Source of the DNA: a virus
Virus record (IMG/VR): IMGVR_UViG_3300020048_000036
Span: 66,639-130,638 of that record
Direction: 5' to 3' (one strand)
Length of the DNA: 64,000 bases
Part shown: in pieces, positions 8,567-20,243 of the stretch
Position numbering within the stretch: the stretch's first letter is position 1
Layout of the letters: each line of letters opens with the position of its first letter
The notes under the pieces: model-generated
Databases searched by the model: none
What the model saw: the letters and a program-made list of their open reading frames with translations, nothing else
Told to the model about the DNA's origin: nothing
Translations under genes and position numbers: made by a program

Positions 8567-10395
8567 TCACTTCACAAATTCAAATGAAATTCTTTTACTT
8601 ATATCCACATGACCTACAGCAGCCCAAGCATCCTCAATTGTATATACGCCTACATTATTAGGACTATTAGTGTACCCACAACTATTAGGACCCCAATAAG
8701 CACCATGTTCTCCTGAATAAATATAGACTTTTTGATATGGATTATCCGCAATAAGTTTCTGCATTTTTTCCTTCCACCTTCTGTTTTCTAGGATTTCTTG
8801 TATCCAATAGTAAGGTAATGTTCTTCCTTCAAACTCATAATTGTCAGCATATTTATCCCTCCTAACCCTAACATCTTTGTACTCAAGGTCAGTTTCCGCA
8901 CAAGAACCTTCTCCACAAAAATACTTATACTTGGCTTGTTCAGGAGTTTTAGCATACAACAATTCTTTATAATCACTATTAGGGTCATAGTTATACCAAC
9001 CATTTTTCTTGGTAGTACAAAGATATGCTTTCTCAACTAGTTTAAGTTTCTGTTCCATGTTGTAAAGGTAATCAATTTTTAGTTATTGTGCAAGTTATTT
9101 CTGTTGTTTTAGAACATTTATTCTATTCTCAAGTTGTTTAATTTCTGATTCTAGCTTTTCTTGCATTCTAGCCTTTTCCCATTCATCATCAGCAATAGAC
9201 TCTTCTACACTAGCCCTTGTGATTTTATACCCATATATATCATACTCTACGTGGTCTCCATGAAAATCAATAGATATAAAATTAGCACCAGCTTCTTTCA
9301 CTTTCTGTACAACACCTTCTAAGTACTCAATAGGTATTTCTAATGAAATAGGTTCACCGTTAAACTTACCTTTGAGAATATCTTTTGTATAGACATCCTT
9401 TTCAGTATCAAGTTCTTCCCTTGTGGCGAATTGTTGAGTTTTTAGAAAAGTTAGTTCTTCTGTGGAGTTGTAATAAACTTCTTCCTTGTTTACTTTGATT
9501 TCTATGTAATAATCTTCTACATTCATTTGTTTAAAATTTTATTAGTTAAATAATGCTCAATAATCTCATCCTCAAATTGCTCTAGTGCTCGTTTGGGATT
9601 TATAGGATATGGCGCAAAGTCTTCTTGCGGGTTAGGAGTAATCATGTTTAGTTCATTTTCTACTACATAATCCAACAAGTCATCTTCTGCAACACAAATT
9701 TCTTTGAAGTCACTAAAACCATCTAAGTCTACATATTCAATAACATACAATGCTACTTCTGGTGGTATTACGTTTACTTTAATATCCAAGTCCATAATTT
9801 AAGTTTTTAATTTTCGTCAAGTAATCTTACTCTCACATCAATATACCTTAATCCTTTCAACTCATTATCCTTACAGTACTTAAAGAACTCCGCCTTAGCA
9901 TCATCCTTATCGTAAGCATAAATGTAAGTTAAGTCATCTGCTTCTCCTAATGTGCAGTAATATTTCCGTAATGTTTTCATAATTCAAAGATAAGAATAAT
10001 TTTCGGAAAAATCTACTCTACAACAAACATTTTTTAAGATAATCTGTATCCATCTCAAATTCAGGTATTGAAAGTAAATAACCAAGACCAATATTAGCAA
10101 CAACAATTTCGCTAAGAACCCTCCATTCCTGATTAGATAAAAGATTAAACCCATTACATAGATAACGTTCTAGGTAACTCATGGCAAAAAATTCGTCCTT
10201 TCTAGGTAAAAAATTACGTTTTAGTAACAAAGCCTCATCAGCAATATAAGAACCAAATACCTGTTGATAGATACATCTTTTAGTAGGATGCAATTTATCA
10301 GCATCAAGCCTCATTTTCTGCTCAGGTGTAAGTGCCTTATTAAGATAAATTATCTCTTCCTTGACTTTCCCTAAAAATTGTTCGTTGGTTATCAT
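8567..10395 (-). CDS. Run of hypothetical proteins (8567-9058, 9095-9526, 9523-9795, an uncalled ~59-aa ORF at ~9801-9980, 10018-10395)
   Basis: Tightly packed co-directional ORFs; promoter at 9985. Confidence 0.7.
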
Positions 10396-11351
10396 TGGTT
10401 TATTGTGTTTTGTTTTCTAAAAAATACGTAAACATTTTTCCTAGTAACATCTGTTTTGGACATTCCTTGTAGTTTTTTAAAAAACGCTTTATCATCATAT
10501 AACTTATTAAGGAAGTAATCCAAGGTATAACATTCAGTATCCCCTTTAATCCTTAACTCAGAAAGGTAGTTAGCAAAACCATCCACAAAGTAGTCATATC
10601 GGGGAAAGGGCTCATTTAAGTAATTATTGGCTGAAATTATTTCCCTTATATCATCAATAACTCTTTCATTTTGGAATAGTAAATTCAAGTGTTGGTAGGG
10701 GGTATCGTGGACTCCATAATTTTCAGTCTCATGTTTAAGATAATTTCGTACAACATTAATGTCACCCCTATTCCTTACTCTTGTAGAGAAATCATCCGAC
10801 ACATAGAACGTTATATCAAACATTGATTTTAACAACAATCTAAGACCTCTATCAAAGAACAAATCAATACTTGCTCCTGCCCTAGTACCATTGGTTGATA
10901 ATTTCCAAAGGTTAAACCTTAGCATTAGTGACATAATATGATTTGGTTGCAGCTTGTTGGTTATCACCTTAATTAATACAGGTGCATTACCATCAAGTTC
11001 TGCATAATCAGTGAGTAATCTATTAAAACCATCAAGTAAAAAGTATTTATCTTCTATTTTGATTGCGTAAATTAAGTTACAAGCTAGTGCTGCCTTTTTA
11101 CTCTCTAGTATAATACCTTCTTTCCTGTATTTATTTTTAGCTTGGGAATCAAATTCGGTTAAATCATAACCATCATACCAAGACCTTACCCATTTTTGGG
11201 CTTCTGAAAGAGTTGTTTTATAAAGTGTGTAATCAACCTTCAACAAACAATCGTAACTGTGTTCTAAAACTTTTAATGTATTTTCCATAATTCTCGCAAA
11301 AGGGTTTTTATACAACCCTTCCATACAACAAAGATAAACAATCATTTCCAA
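10392..11351 (-). CDS. ParB/Srx-like (DGxxR, DUF262/DGQHR-type) domain protein
   Basis: YAIKIEDKYFLLDGFNRL motif followed by a helical region. Confidence 0.5.
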   Translation of the reverse strand: MEMIVYLCCMEGLYKNPFARIMENTLKVLEHSYDCLLKVDYTLYKTTLSEAQKWVRSWYDGYDLTEFDSQAKNKYRKEGIILESKKAALACNLIYAIKIEDKYFLLDGFNRLLTDYAELDGNAPVLIKVITNKLQPNHIMSLMLRFNLWKLSTNGTRAGASIDLFFDRGLRLLLKSMFDITFYVSDDFSTRVRNRGDINVVRNYLKHETENYGVHDTPYQHLNLLFQNERVIDDIREIISANNYLNEPFPRYDYFVDGFANYLSELRIKGDTECYTLDYFLNKLYDDKAFFKKLQGMSKTDVTRKNVYVFFRKQNTINQ

Positions 11352-11410
11352 ACTTCCAAACCGTTCACAAAAATAATTTGTTCATGTAACGTGAACACTA
11401 AAATAAAATG

Positions 11411-11443
11411 AACAAACAAAAGGCCGATAATTTCTTACCGACC
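11411..11443 (-). terminator. Intrinsic terminator
   Basis: GGTCGGTAA-GAAA-TTATCGGCC followed by TTTTGTTTG. Confidence 0.75.
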
Positions 11444-11472
11444 CCACATTTTTCCGCAAAAAGCTATTACAA

Positions 11473-12095
11473 CTACAACTTTTCCTCCCACTCCAAACCC
11501 CTCACAGTAACATTATAAGTACCCCTATCAACATCACCACTCTCATAAATATCCCACCACACGTCTTTCTCTTCAATATCATAACCATATTTAGCTTTAA
11601 TGGCTTCAAATATTTCTTCCCTCGTAATAACGATTGTTCTTGTTTCTTTAGGCATAATGTTTAGTTTTCAAAGTCATATAATACATCAATAAAATCATCA
11701 AATTCCAATTTATTCTCATCACAAATATCCCGTATCTGCTGTATCTTGTTTTCAATTTTGGAAATAGCTGAATTTAATATTTTGGCTTTATCCAAAAGAC
11801 ACCCTATTTCTTCCTCCAAATCATCTTTGGTAGGAATAGTATCGCCCCAACTGTTAATATCGTTTTGGTAGATAGAAAGACCGTTGTTGTTAACTGGTGT
11901 GTGAAATTGTATCCCCCAATCCTCATCCTTGGTTTCATTAAGGTAAATTTCCGCAAAAATAGTTACCTCCATAGAACCTACAAAAATTTTATAATACAGA
12001 CAACCACTATCATCTGTTTCCATATCAAACCTAAGCCTTTTCTCTTTAAGGTAATTCTCTATAATCTCCTGTATATTGTGTTTATTCAATTCCAT
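11473..12095 (-). CDS. Two hypothetical proteins (11473-11655, 11661-12095)
   Basis: Intact ORFs. Confidence 0.7.
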
Positions 12096-12186
12096 AGTAT
12101 ATTAGTTTTGTAGAGTATTGGTTTTCTCTGTTATAAAATCTTTTATCCAATTCAAGTCAATTTCAGATAAGCACTCTAGGAAGGTT

Positions 12187-12993
12187 TTAAAAATTAAAAA
12201 CCCATTTACCTAAATTAGAAATGTCTAATTTATAACTTAGTAATATAGCCTCATTGTCCTTTAGGACCCTACTTTCAATAAAATTCTTTATCCAAGTAAA
12301 ATCTAATTGACTTCGGCATTCAGTATCACCCTGGAAGCGATTTAAAGGAATGTATTTATAGGGGGCATGTTTTCTAAGGATATTAGTTTCTAATTCTCTA
12401 ATTAGGCTTGTGTAGGTCTGGTACCCTAATAAAAAACTAAACTCATAAGGCATTCTGCAAGGACCAGTAAATCTTTGTTTAAGAGTACTAGAAGTTAAAC
12501 CTATTTTGTAAAAAGATTCTTCATTATTATAACAATGGAGTATATATAAGGTTGATTTTCTACCTTTAATACTAGGCTCAGAGTATAATTTATCTTGTTT
12601 AAAACACTTTGCACACTCTCGGTCCTGTGCATGGTTTAGTGGGTACTGCCAAAAACTACAATGAATAGGGCATATAATTTCAATTTTATTCTTAGAGCCT
12701 GTAAAAGATGCTTTAGAGTAATCGTACTTGTTATGATATTTGTTTTTAAAGATAGGAATCCAATAATTTGAATCTTTTGTTCTAATTTTTCCAGATTCTT
12801 CCCTAGCACATTGGTCACAACCCCTTAATTTATGATTATCAGGTCTTTGGTAAAAGATACCGTGTATGGGACAATTGATTTTCATACTATCTTTGGCTCT
12901 CCCAATAGTTTCAGGAAAGTAGGTATATTTGTTATCGTGCTTTTCTTTGAACATTTCCAACCATTTGGTAATATACTTATCATTTTGCTTCAT
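12187..12993 (-). CDS. Homing-endonuclease-like protein (DUF723-type Zn repeats plus GIY-YIG/T5orf172-like domain)
   Basis: Two KY.Y...K..I.CP.H..F.Q.P..H....C..C repeats; LYIL..YN..E.FYKIGLT and F.G.TEC. Confidence 0.85.
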   Translation of the reverse strand: MKQNDKYITKWLEMFKEKHDNKYTYFPETIGRAKDSMKINCPIHGIFYQRPDNHKLRGCDQCAREESGKIRTKDSNYWIPIFKNKYHNKYDYSKASFTGSKNKIEIICPIHCSFWQYPLNHAQDRECAKCFKQDKLYSEPSIKGRKSTLYILHCYNNEESFYKIGLTSSTLKQRFTGPCRMPYEFSFLLGYQTYTSLIRELETNILRKHAPYKYIPLNRFQGDTECRSQLDFTWIKNFIESRVLKDNEAILLSYKLDISNLGKWVFNF

Positions 12994-15004
12994 ACCATGT
13001 TTTTCCTGAGTTGGCTTGGGCTTTGTGCCTAACTAAACCACTTGTTAAATAAAAATCTCCTCCTTGTAACATACACCTTTCAAGTATAGGTTTATACATC
13101 GTAACTAGTTGATTATCAACGTGTAACAAAAGCTCATCATGGATAATATTAGATATTTGTACCATGTGTTGATGGTTATTTTTTAATATCTCTTCAAATA
13201 ATAAAACCGCTGCCCTCTTAGTAACAAAAGCAGATGTAGCTTGCACAGGGTTGTTAAGACATAATCTTAAATATTTGCTCTTGGTTTTAAAGTAGTGAGA
13301 AATCCAACTTTTATTATCAGAGTATAGTTTATACTCTTTGTAGTTTACGGGTTCATATGTTTCTTCTTTTGAAGCAGCCTCTTTAACTTTCTTATACTCC
13401 TCCTTACCCATTCTATAACTTTTCCAGAAGTCCTTATCCAAACTTTCTATTTGGTCATGGCCTTGTTTGAAATCCTCAAAGAAAGGTAATTTAAGTTTAA
13501 ATCCCTCTGCGGATTCAATATAGCCTACTTCTATTGCTTTTGCAAGAATACCCTCCCCCCAGATTTTAACTGCTGCATGAAGCTCATCATATGCCAAAGA
13601 AACAGACTCACCTTCTTCCAAGGAAAGATTTTGATTTTTTGAGATAGTGTAGCCATTTCCACCATATGCTTTGGCAAAACGTACAGGTTTAGCAAAGTTA
13701 CGTTTATCCTTATGCTCTTTTTTGATAGTCTCATCATCTAAGTGTGCTATAGAGGGAAACAATACTCTTGCTAAAGCACAGTGCAAGCAGTCCCCATTAA
13801 CAATTGATGCAATCATAATTGGGTCCTGGTGGAAATCGGCCCCCTGTACATTTTCTTGTGAGTCAAAATCGGCTACAATAATAGAAAAACCCTCTTTAGC
13901 TTCAAAACAATCCCTTGTGCGTTCATTAGCTGGAAGGTTAAGACAATTGAACTCATTACGTCTTGTGGAGATACGGGCCGTATCTAACATAGGGTTGAAA
14001 GTAGTATATATGAACCCATCCTCAACTTTGTCCAATATATTTTGCCCATAAGTACTAACATCATGGGCACTTTCTTGGTACTTTAACCAAATATCAACAA
14101 ACTCATGTCCACTTCGTTTAATGGTATCTTTTCCTATAGTTTTCTTTTCAGGGTCTTCATCACTTTCTACATTTACACCATAAGCCTCAAACACAGGTAT
14201 CATTTGTTGAGATGAAGCTAGATTGACAACTATTCTTTTTTCTGTTGAGAATAGGTCTAGTTGGGGGTCTCTAAATTGCGGAAGGGTATCATAAATATAC
14301 TCCACTACTTTTTGTTCAGCAGCAGCTAGTTCTTTTAAATCTTCCTCAATCTTAGCTTTCCACTTATCTACGTTTATAGGTAACCCACACTGTTCCATAT
14401 AAGCCAACGCTTTTACATACCTACAATGTAGTTTAAATGCAGGTATAACTCCATAATCCTGCATCTTTTTCGCAAGGACTTTCATTAACTCTATTAAACG
14501 GTCTACGTCATTAAAACAATATTGTATGGCTTCTTTGTTAGATAATTGTGTTTTCGCAATGTTTTTCTGCTCGGTTTTGTCATAAATTGCATCAAGATGA
14601 ACTCTCATTACAGTACCGAAGTCATTTCTTGAACCTTTGACACCATTTTGAAGCAACATAGAGGCTATCATAGTATCATAAATTTCATATTTCTCAAAGA
14701 AATCATACTTGTAAAACCAACCGAGGTCAAAAGTAGCATTATGAAAAACTAATATATGATTATCCAAGTAAGGCTTTACCTGCTCAAAAAATAGTTCACC
14801 ACCAAGTTGTTGGAGGTCTATAAGATAGTTATTCTCACCTGTACCAATCTGCACAGCGAACATATGGCCTTTGCGAGGATAAAGGGAGGTTGTTTCAGTA
14901 TCTACTGCAATGGTTTTCGGAAGTATCATATCCTCCAATTTACAGTAATTGTACTGTCCAATTTTCTCGAAAAACTCTTTGTTATTAGTTATAATGTAAT
15001 TCAT
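12980..15004 (-). CDS. polA: Family A DNA polymerase with 3'-5' exonuclease
   Basis: Exo DTETT, FHNATFD, DTM and YCFNDV; motif A IVADFDSQE, motif B K-PVR-F-AKA-YG, motif C IIHDE; ends WYEAK; no 5'-3' exo domain. Confidence 0.95.
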   Translation of the reverse strand: MNYIITNNKEFFEKIGQYNYCKLEDMILPKTIAVDTETTSLYPRKGHMFAVQIGTGENNYLIDLQQLGGELFFEQVKPYLDNHILVFHNATFDLGWFYKYDFFEKYEIYDTMIASMLLQNGVKGSRNDFGTVMRVHLDAIYDKTEQKNIAKTQLSNKEAIQYCFNDVDRLIELMKVLAKKMQDYGVIPAFKLHCRYVKALAYMEQCGLPINVDKWKAKIEEDLKELAAAEQKVVEYIYDTLPQFRDPQLDLFSTEKRIVVNLASSQQMIPVFEAYGVNVESDEDPEKKTIGKDTIKRSGHEFVDIWLKYQESAHDVSTYGQNILDKVEDGFIYTTFNPMLDTARISTRRNEFNCLNLPANERTRDCFEAKEGFSIIVADFDSQENVQGADFHQDPIMIASIVNGDCLHCALARVLFPSIAHLDDETIKKEHKDKRNFAKPVRFAKAYGGNGYTISKNQNLSLEEGESVSLAYDELHAAVKIWGEGILAKAIEVGYIESAEGFKLKLPFFEDFKQGHDQIESLDKDFWKSYRMGKEEYKKVKEAASKEETYEPVNYKEYKLYSDNKSWISHYFKTKSKYLRLCLNNPVQATSAFVTKRAAVLLFEEILKNNHQHMVQISNIIHDELLLHVDNQLVTMYKPILERCMLQGGDFYLTSGLVRHKAQANSGKTWYEAK

Positions 15005-15035
15005 ACAACATTTTCTTTAAAACAAAAAAGGATGT

Positions 15036-15641
15036 CTAAACACCCTTCTTATTCACATCATAAAAATAATTATTGGTATCTTCACTAATCCATCTGTTAC
15101 TTATCTCGCAAGAAAGGATTTCTGTATCTACCTTTTGTGATTTTGCAAGTTCTAATGTAAGCTCTTTCGTAACAAAATTACTATCAGCCCATAGTATCCT
15201 ATTGTTTGGTTGGCAAAGCAAATAACCATCATCAGATACAAGAACATGACCGCACTTGTAATCCGTTGGGTCATTGGAGAAAGCGTTGTTAAACCAATCA
15301 ATAGTAAAAAGATATTCGGCCCATATCTTAGTTTGGTCTTTAAGTATCACTTGGCACCTATGTAACAAAGGATATTCTATTATGTTTGCCTCGTAACCAA
15401 AACAATCCCATAATTGTTTAAAATCGTGCGGAATATTTTTATTAGAAATAGATATAAAAATTTCGCTAAGAGGAACCCTAGAACGATGTATACCGTGTTC
15501 TGTTAGAACGTGAAAAGTAAGTATATGTCCAGGTAAGGACTGCACTGCATGAGCAATACAGTAATACCAATTATCACTATCTTTTTTGGTAAAATATGAT
15601 TCACGGACATAACATTTAAAATGTTGGATATTGTAGTTCAT
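15036..15641 (-). CDS. Conserved phage hypothetical protein
   Basis: QLWDCF.Y, YLFTIDW, HK/YK-CGHV...DG....QPNNRI.W pattern. Confidence 0.75.
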   Translation of the reverse strand: MNYNIQHFKCYVRESYFTKKDSDNWYYCIAHAVQSLPGHILTFHVLTEHGIHRSRVPLSEIFISISNKNIPHDFKQLWDCFGYEANIIEYPLLHRCQVILKDQTKIWAEYLFTIDWFNNAFSNDPTDYKCGHVLVSDDGYLLCQPNNRILWADSNFVTKELTLELAKSQKVDTEILSCEISNRWISEDTNNYFYDVNKKGV

Positions 15642-15748
15642 TATATTGTATTTATAGGTAATACCCTAGCTTTCTAAGGGTGTATTCTGCGGGTAGGTTG
15701 AATAGTTTCATAATGGTTATATTTTGTTTCTGTATGTAAAGGTACTAA

Positions 15749-17737
15749 TTATTTTTGAGATTCACAAATTTCTTTCGCAAAATTATTTGCAAGAGTTGTA
15801 AGGTATCTTGGTTTATAATGTTTTTCCAATCGAGTGTCATACCTAACCCCATTATAAATAAACTGCATAACGGTTTTATCGGGAAGGGTTCCCCCGACTC
15901 TTACCCTTGACATTACCCATACAAAACCATGTTTAGTTGGACAAATACCATAAGTACCTATATAACCCTCGGTTACTATTTCTGAAAAACCTTCACTACT
16001 AGGTTTAGTAATTTGTTTCTTTCTTACTATTTTAAATTCCATTTCTGTAAGTTTGTTCTTTCCTGTATAAATCAATAAGTATATTATCACCCTCCTTAAC
16101 TCCCCTTTCCTCATACCACAATACAACGTTATCTAACCATTCATCCTCCATATCTGCAAGTACTACCCACTTAGGCTCACTTCTACCATCCTTACCTATG
16201 TTAAGCCTATGGAAGTTTTGGCGGATTACCTTAAATGGAGCATCAGAGTAGATACTTAGTTCTGTTTCCTGTCCATCACCACTACGTCTAAGGTATTCTA
16301 AACCTCCATCTACCATATAAGTTACACCATTTTTGTCTAAGTGTTGTTTATAGTCATGCCTATTGTAGGATGTTAGGATTGTTCCATCAGGTGTCTTAAT
16401 TCTGTTTAGGATTATTCTTGGTTCCATAAATTTTGTTGTTGTATGAAAAGGATTTTTGCAAAATTACTGTTGTTAATTATTCCTTAATATAAAGGAACAT
16501 AAATTTAGGTGCATAATACCAAATGTAGCCTTTGAAAATTCATTGGTAAATGTACCAACATTCCCGTTAGGAAATACTGCTTTTATAAGAATAGTACAAA
16601 TACCATCAGGTTTAGTAATAGTTGTGTCAAAAACAAGTACTTCTACTTTATATTTATCCAACAATTCTTGAATTTGTTCTTTCACTTGTAATTTTTATTA
16701 AGAAACTGTATGATACTTATGTTATCCGCAAAGGCATTGATAACTTCCGCCAAATCCCTTTCTTCCATAAACTCCCCTGATAAACAAGAACTAAAAACCC
16801 AACAATCCTCTTGTTTAGTTATAGTACCATAATTAACATTTATTACGGGGGTTTCCCTATAATCTAAATAAAAATGACTTATTAAGCTACTTTCTTTTAA
16901 ATTTTCAAGAAATTTATTTAGTTTCATAACAGTTTTAATTTTTCAGTAAGTTTTTTAATCTTATTCCAATGTTCTTCTTGTAATTTCTCTCCAAATAAAC
17001 CTGTTTCAGGAATACCCGTCAATTCAATTCGCAAATCACGAATTTCAGATTTAATCCTAGATTTTTCCGCATTTAAAGCTTTGTTACATACAACAACTTC
17101 AAACGGATAATCCTTTTCCAATAACCGTAATTTTTGTCTAAAAGTCATCTTCAAATTCATCAAACTCATTTATAAAATCGTCCACAAAATCCAAATCAGG
17201 AGTAAGACAATTACCTTTACCAAAAATCTCGTTTGCAAGTAACCTTTCCAACTTAGATAAATCATCTTCTTCCAAATATAAATCCTTGATTTTCTGCGGA
17301 ACTACACCTAACGTAAGCTCACTAGCTAAACTAATTAGTGCATCATCCTTCTCTACTAATAGTCCATTTATATAAAGACTACAATTCTTAAATTCCAAAC
17401 TAACCCCTGTGCCCATAATCTACTTACTTTTAATTTTCTGAAACAAAGATAACACTTTTAAACCAAACTACCAAATCTACAAGATATATTTCTGAACTTA
17501 GTCATAAAATGGATTTTTATCCTTGGATTTTACAACCATTTCCTCTAAACCAAAGGTCATTATAAATAAATCATCTTCTAGTATAACTATAGGTTTATTT
17601 TTTGTACCTTTCTCTGTTAAGAATGGGGTACGAAATTTACCCCTGTAAACTCTTTTTAACTCCGCTTTCATTTTTTCAGCAAGTTCCCTTACTTTCTCCA
17701 ACTTTATTTTCTGCTTCTCTGTTAGTTCTGGTTTCAT
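15749..17737 (-). CDS. Run of small hypothetical proteins (15749-~16040, 16032-16427, 16473-16685, 16682-16927, 16924-17169, 17138-17416, 17498-17737)
   Basis: Abutting or overlapping ORFs; 16032-16427 has the common phage S..RHDY...MVDGG..Y.RR motif; promoter at 17444. Confidence 0.7.
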
Positions 17738-18396
17738 ACGATATATTTCTGAACTTCCTCGTTAAACTTTTCCCAATTCAACTTATCCCAAGCCTGAACC
17801 TTATCAAACCTAGCCTTAAATCTATGTTCATCTGAAATGTCCATATAAACAGCATCACGAAATGTCCAACCTTTTGAAGCAAGTATTGTTGTAGGTATCC
17901 CAAGTAAGTACCCTGCCTTAACACCCGCCTCATCTATACCAGTTTGACCACCACTCCTAATACTTACAATTTTATTCTGTAGGTTTGGATGCAAAATGAT
18001 TTCTCGCAATAAAGCGTAGGTAAAGTAGTCTAGTTGTTGCTGTGAATATTGGTTTCTAAGAGTGGAAATACTATTCCCCGCTATGTTAAGTGTCCTAATG
18101 TTATGTCTGTTAAATGAAGCAACAGTTAAATCTATAAGTCCTTTAGGAACTTCAAGTACCCTACTAATATCTATGTCACAATACAGCTTTTTATTTTTAA
18201 GCACTGACTTTTTGGTAAGAATTTCACCTGCACTTGTGAAATCAGCAGCAATCGCAATAGTACAGTCTGCTTTAGCGTTCTCTACAGTACGTTCCTTGTA
18301 ACCCTTAACGGGTGATTCTAGGAATTGTATAGGGTAATAACCTGCTTCACCAAACATAATTAAATCCTTGTAAACTTTTTGTTGTGGATGTTTCAT
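17734..18396 (-). CDS. SLOG-superfamily (MoCo-carrier-like) protein, circularly permuted
   Basis: Y..RT..N..AD.T, LNIAGN and a C-terminally placed IRSGGQTGIDEAG..AG..LGIP. Confidence 0.75.
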   Translation of the reverse strand: MKHPQQKVYKDLIMFGEAGYYPIQFLESPVKGYKERTVENAKADCTIAIAADFTSAGEILTKKSVLKNKKLYCDIDISRVLEVPKGLIDLTVASFNRHNIRTLNIAGNSISTLRNQYSQQQLDYFTYALLREIILHPNLQNKIVSIRSGGQTGIDEAGVKAGYLLGIPTTILASKGWTFRDAVYMDISDEHRFKARFDKVQAWDKLNWEKFNEEVQKYIV

Positions 18397-19685
18397 TAAC
18401 TAGCCTCCTCCATGTCAACTACTTGTGTATCTTTTATAATACCTTCAAGTACTTTAAATTCAAAAGATTTATATTTATATGTTTCGTTAGTACTATCTAC
18501 ACGGAGACAAATACCTTCTTTAATATGCGATTCATCTATTGTTGATGGCCCTTTTGCTAATTTCTCGCAATGATGAAGTACTAATTCATCAATACAAACT
18601 GGAACATCTTTAGTATAAGCAAAACTATATAATTCAGGAACATGTGTTACCCCAATCTCATCGCATCTCTTTTTCACATCTTCCCAATTATAATCCAATG
18701 TATGTCCATCCTCGTTAGTCATTGTGATACGATACACGTAAACATTGCAGGTGTGATTTGGACAGCCGTAACTAAATACCATATGTTCCCCATACTGTTC
18801 CGTAAAAGCCTTATCTTTAAGTGCCTTGGTATTCACACCTGACATAATAGGCTTACCCATCGGTTCAAAACCTACAATCTCAAAATAAACAGTCTCACCT
18901 TTCCGCAAATTACCCTCGAATTTACTGAAAGCATAGTCACGGATAGTAGTATCATGGAATGGTTTGGAGTCCTTAGATTTGGATTCACCCAATACAACCC
19001 TCCTAGAGCCATTCAGATAGCCCCAATATGTTTTTTGGATAGGTATTCCAAAGAAGGACAAAACCCTCTCAAAACGGCTTAAATTGCGTTCTAGGAGTAC
19101 ATGTCCTACCCGACCTGATGTACCGTGTACCTTTTCAGTGATAATCAGTTTCGTATCTATTGGTATTTTATGTAAATTCTTGCCTAGTTGGTCTGTATCA
19201 AAATGCTCTTTGAACATAATGGATGATTTGGAAGACTTTTTATTAGATTTTCCAAGTGAACCAGCTTGTCTTGTAAGTGGTGTCATGTATTTTTCGCAAA
19301 TAGGAACCCCACTAAACTCGGTAAGACTAATGTGTTCTTCCAATTTATCATAACCTTTTATAAAGGAAAGACTTGAAATAGGAACCCAAAACCCATCACT
19401 TACTTCGCCACGGAACTTCTGTGTACGAACACGCCTATTATCGTCAAACATACCCGTTGGAGCATCTATATTTTTGTTAAGTTCAGCCTTTCGGTAAAGA
19501 TTATTATTTTTCACAAATTCATGTGACAACCTTCCATCAGTAGGAAAATATATCCCCAAATCCCCTTCTTTTGTATCCAATCCCACTACAACTTGGTTTC
19601 CCTGACAGGTAGCAAGTAACACTTTATCTGCATTGCTATGTGGTCTTACGTTTTTAATCCTTAGTATTTCTGCACTATACGACAT
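18396..19685 (-). CDS. RNA ligase, DRB0094/Rnl5-like, with N-terminal OB-fold
   Basis: HSNADKV, R....RG..S.G, motif I TEKVHGTS, YFEIVG, EGI.LR and KYKS..F..LEG. Confidence 0.88.
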   Translation of the reverse strand: MSYSAEILRIKNVRPHSNADKVLLATCQGNQVVVGLDTKEGDLGIYFPTDGRLSHEFVKNNNLYRKAELNKNIDAPTGMFDDNRRVRTQKFRGEVSDGFWVPISSLSFIKGYDKLEEHISLTEFSGVPICEKYMTPLTRQAGSLGKSNKKSSKSSIMFKEHFDTDQLGKNLHKIPIDTKLIITEKVHGTSGRVGHVLLERNLSRFERVLSFFGIPIQKTYWGYLNGSRRVVLGESKSKDSKPFHDTTIRDYAFSKFEGNLRKGETVYFEIVGFEPMGKPIMSGVNTKALKDKAFTEQYGEHMVFSYGCPNHTCNVYVYRITMTNEDGHTLDYNWEDVKKRCDEIGVTHVPELYSFAYTKDVPVCIDELVLHHCEKLAKGPSTIDESHIKEGICLRVDSTNETYKYKSFEFKVLEGIIKDTQVVDMEEAS

Positions 19686-19700
19686 TGTTTTTATTGGTTT

Positions 19701-20241
19701 TTAGTTATAAATAGTGTTTGAAATTTTACTTGATTCAATCAATTCCGCAACAAGTTTTTCTGCAATAATATTATCTTCGAGGGGTATAAACTTTGATGCA
19801 CTAAAACTACGCTCTCCAAACCCATTACTATATAATGCTGGAAAGTTTTTTATCTCATTAAGGTAAATACCACCACCATCTTTGTCAAAACCACGTACAG
19901 AATAAACCTTGTCTTTTTTCGGGTAAGTATTAAATATACCCATTTCGTTATCAGCCCTCATAGAAGGTTCAAAATTCTCTTCAACACATACAACTTTTTG
20001 GTCAAGTTTAAACATGGAAAAATTCTTTAAGGATTGGTAGATAATATTCACTAGTATTATTGTAAAACCAAGCCCGTAATGTCTTAGCATCATGCTCATC
20101 AATATTATAACGTTCAGGATTATAGTGGAATCCACGTAAGCAACTTAGGTCTGCAAAGTCCTGTGCGGTTATATCACTACGTACTTCCCCTGAACTAAGG
20201 ATGTTTTTGATAATGCTTTTTATTTCTTCAATTGTTTCCAT
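19701..20241 (-). CDS. Two hypothetical proteins (19701-20015 starting MFKLDQK; 20008-20241)
   Basis: The longer 20135 start would overlap the upstream gene. Confidence 0.65.
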
Positions 20242-20243
20242 AA

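Noticed and set aside
12187-15004. Intron- or intein-split polA
   Set aside because: Motifs A, B and C and the WYEAK end are all in one frame; the endonuclease lies after the stop codon.
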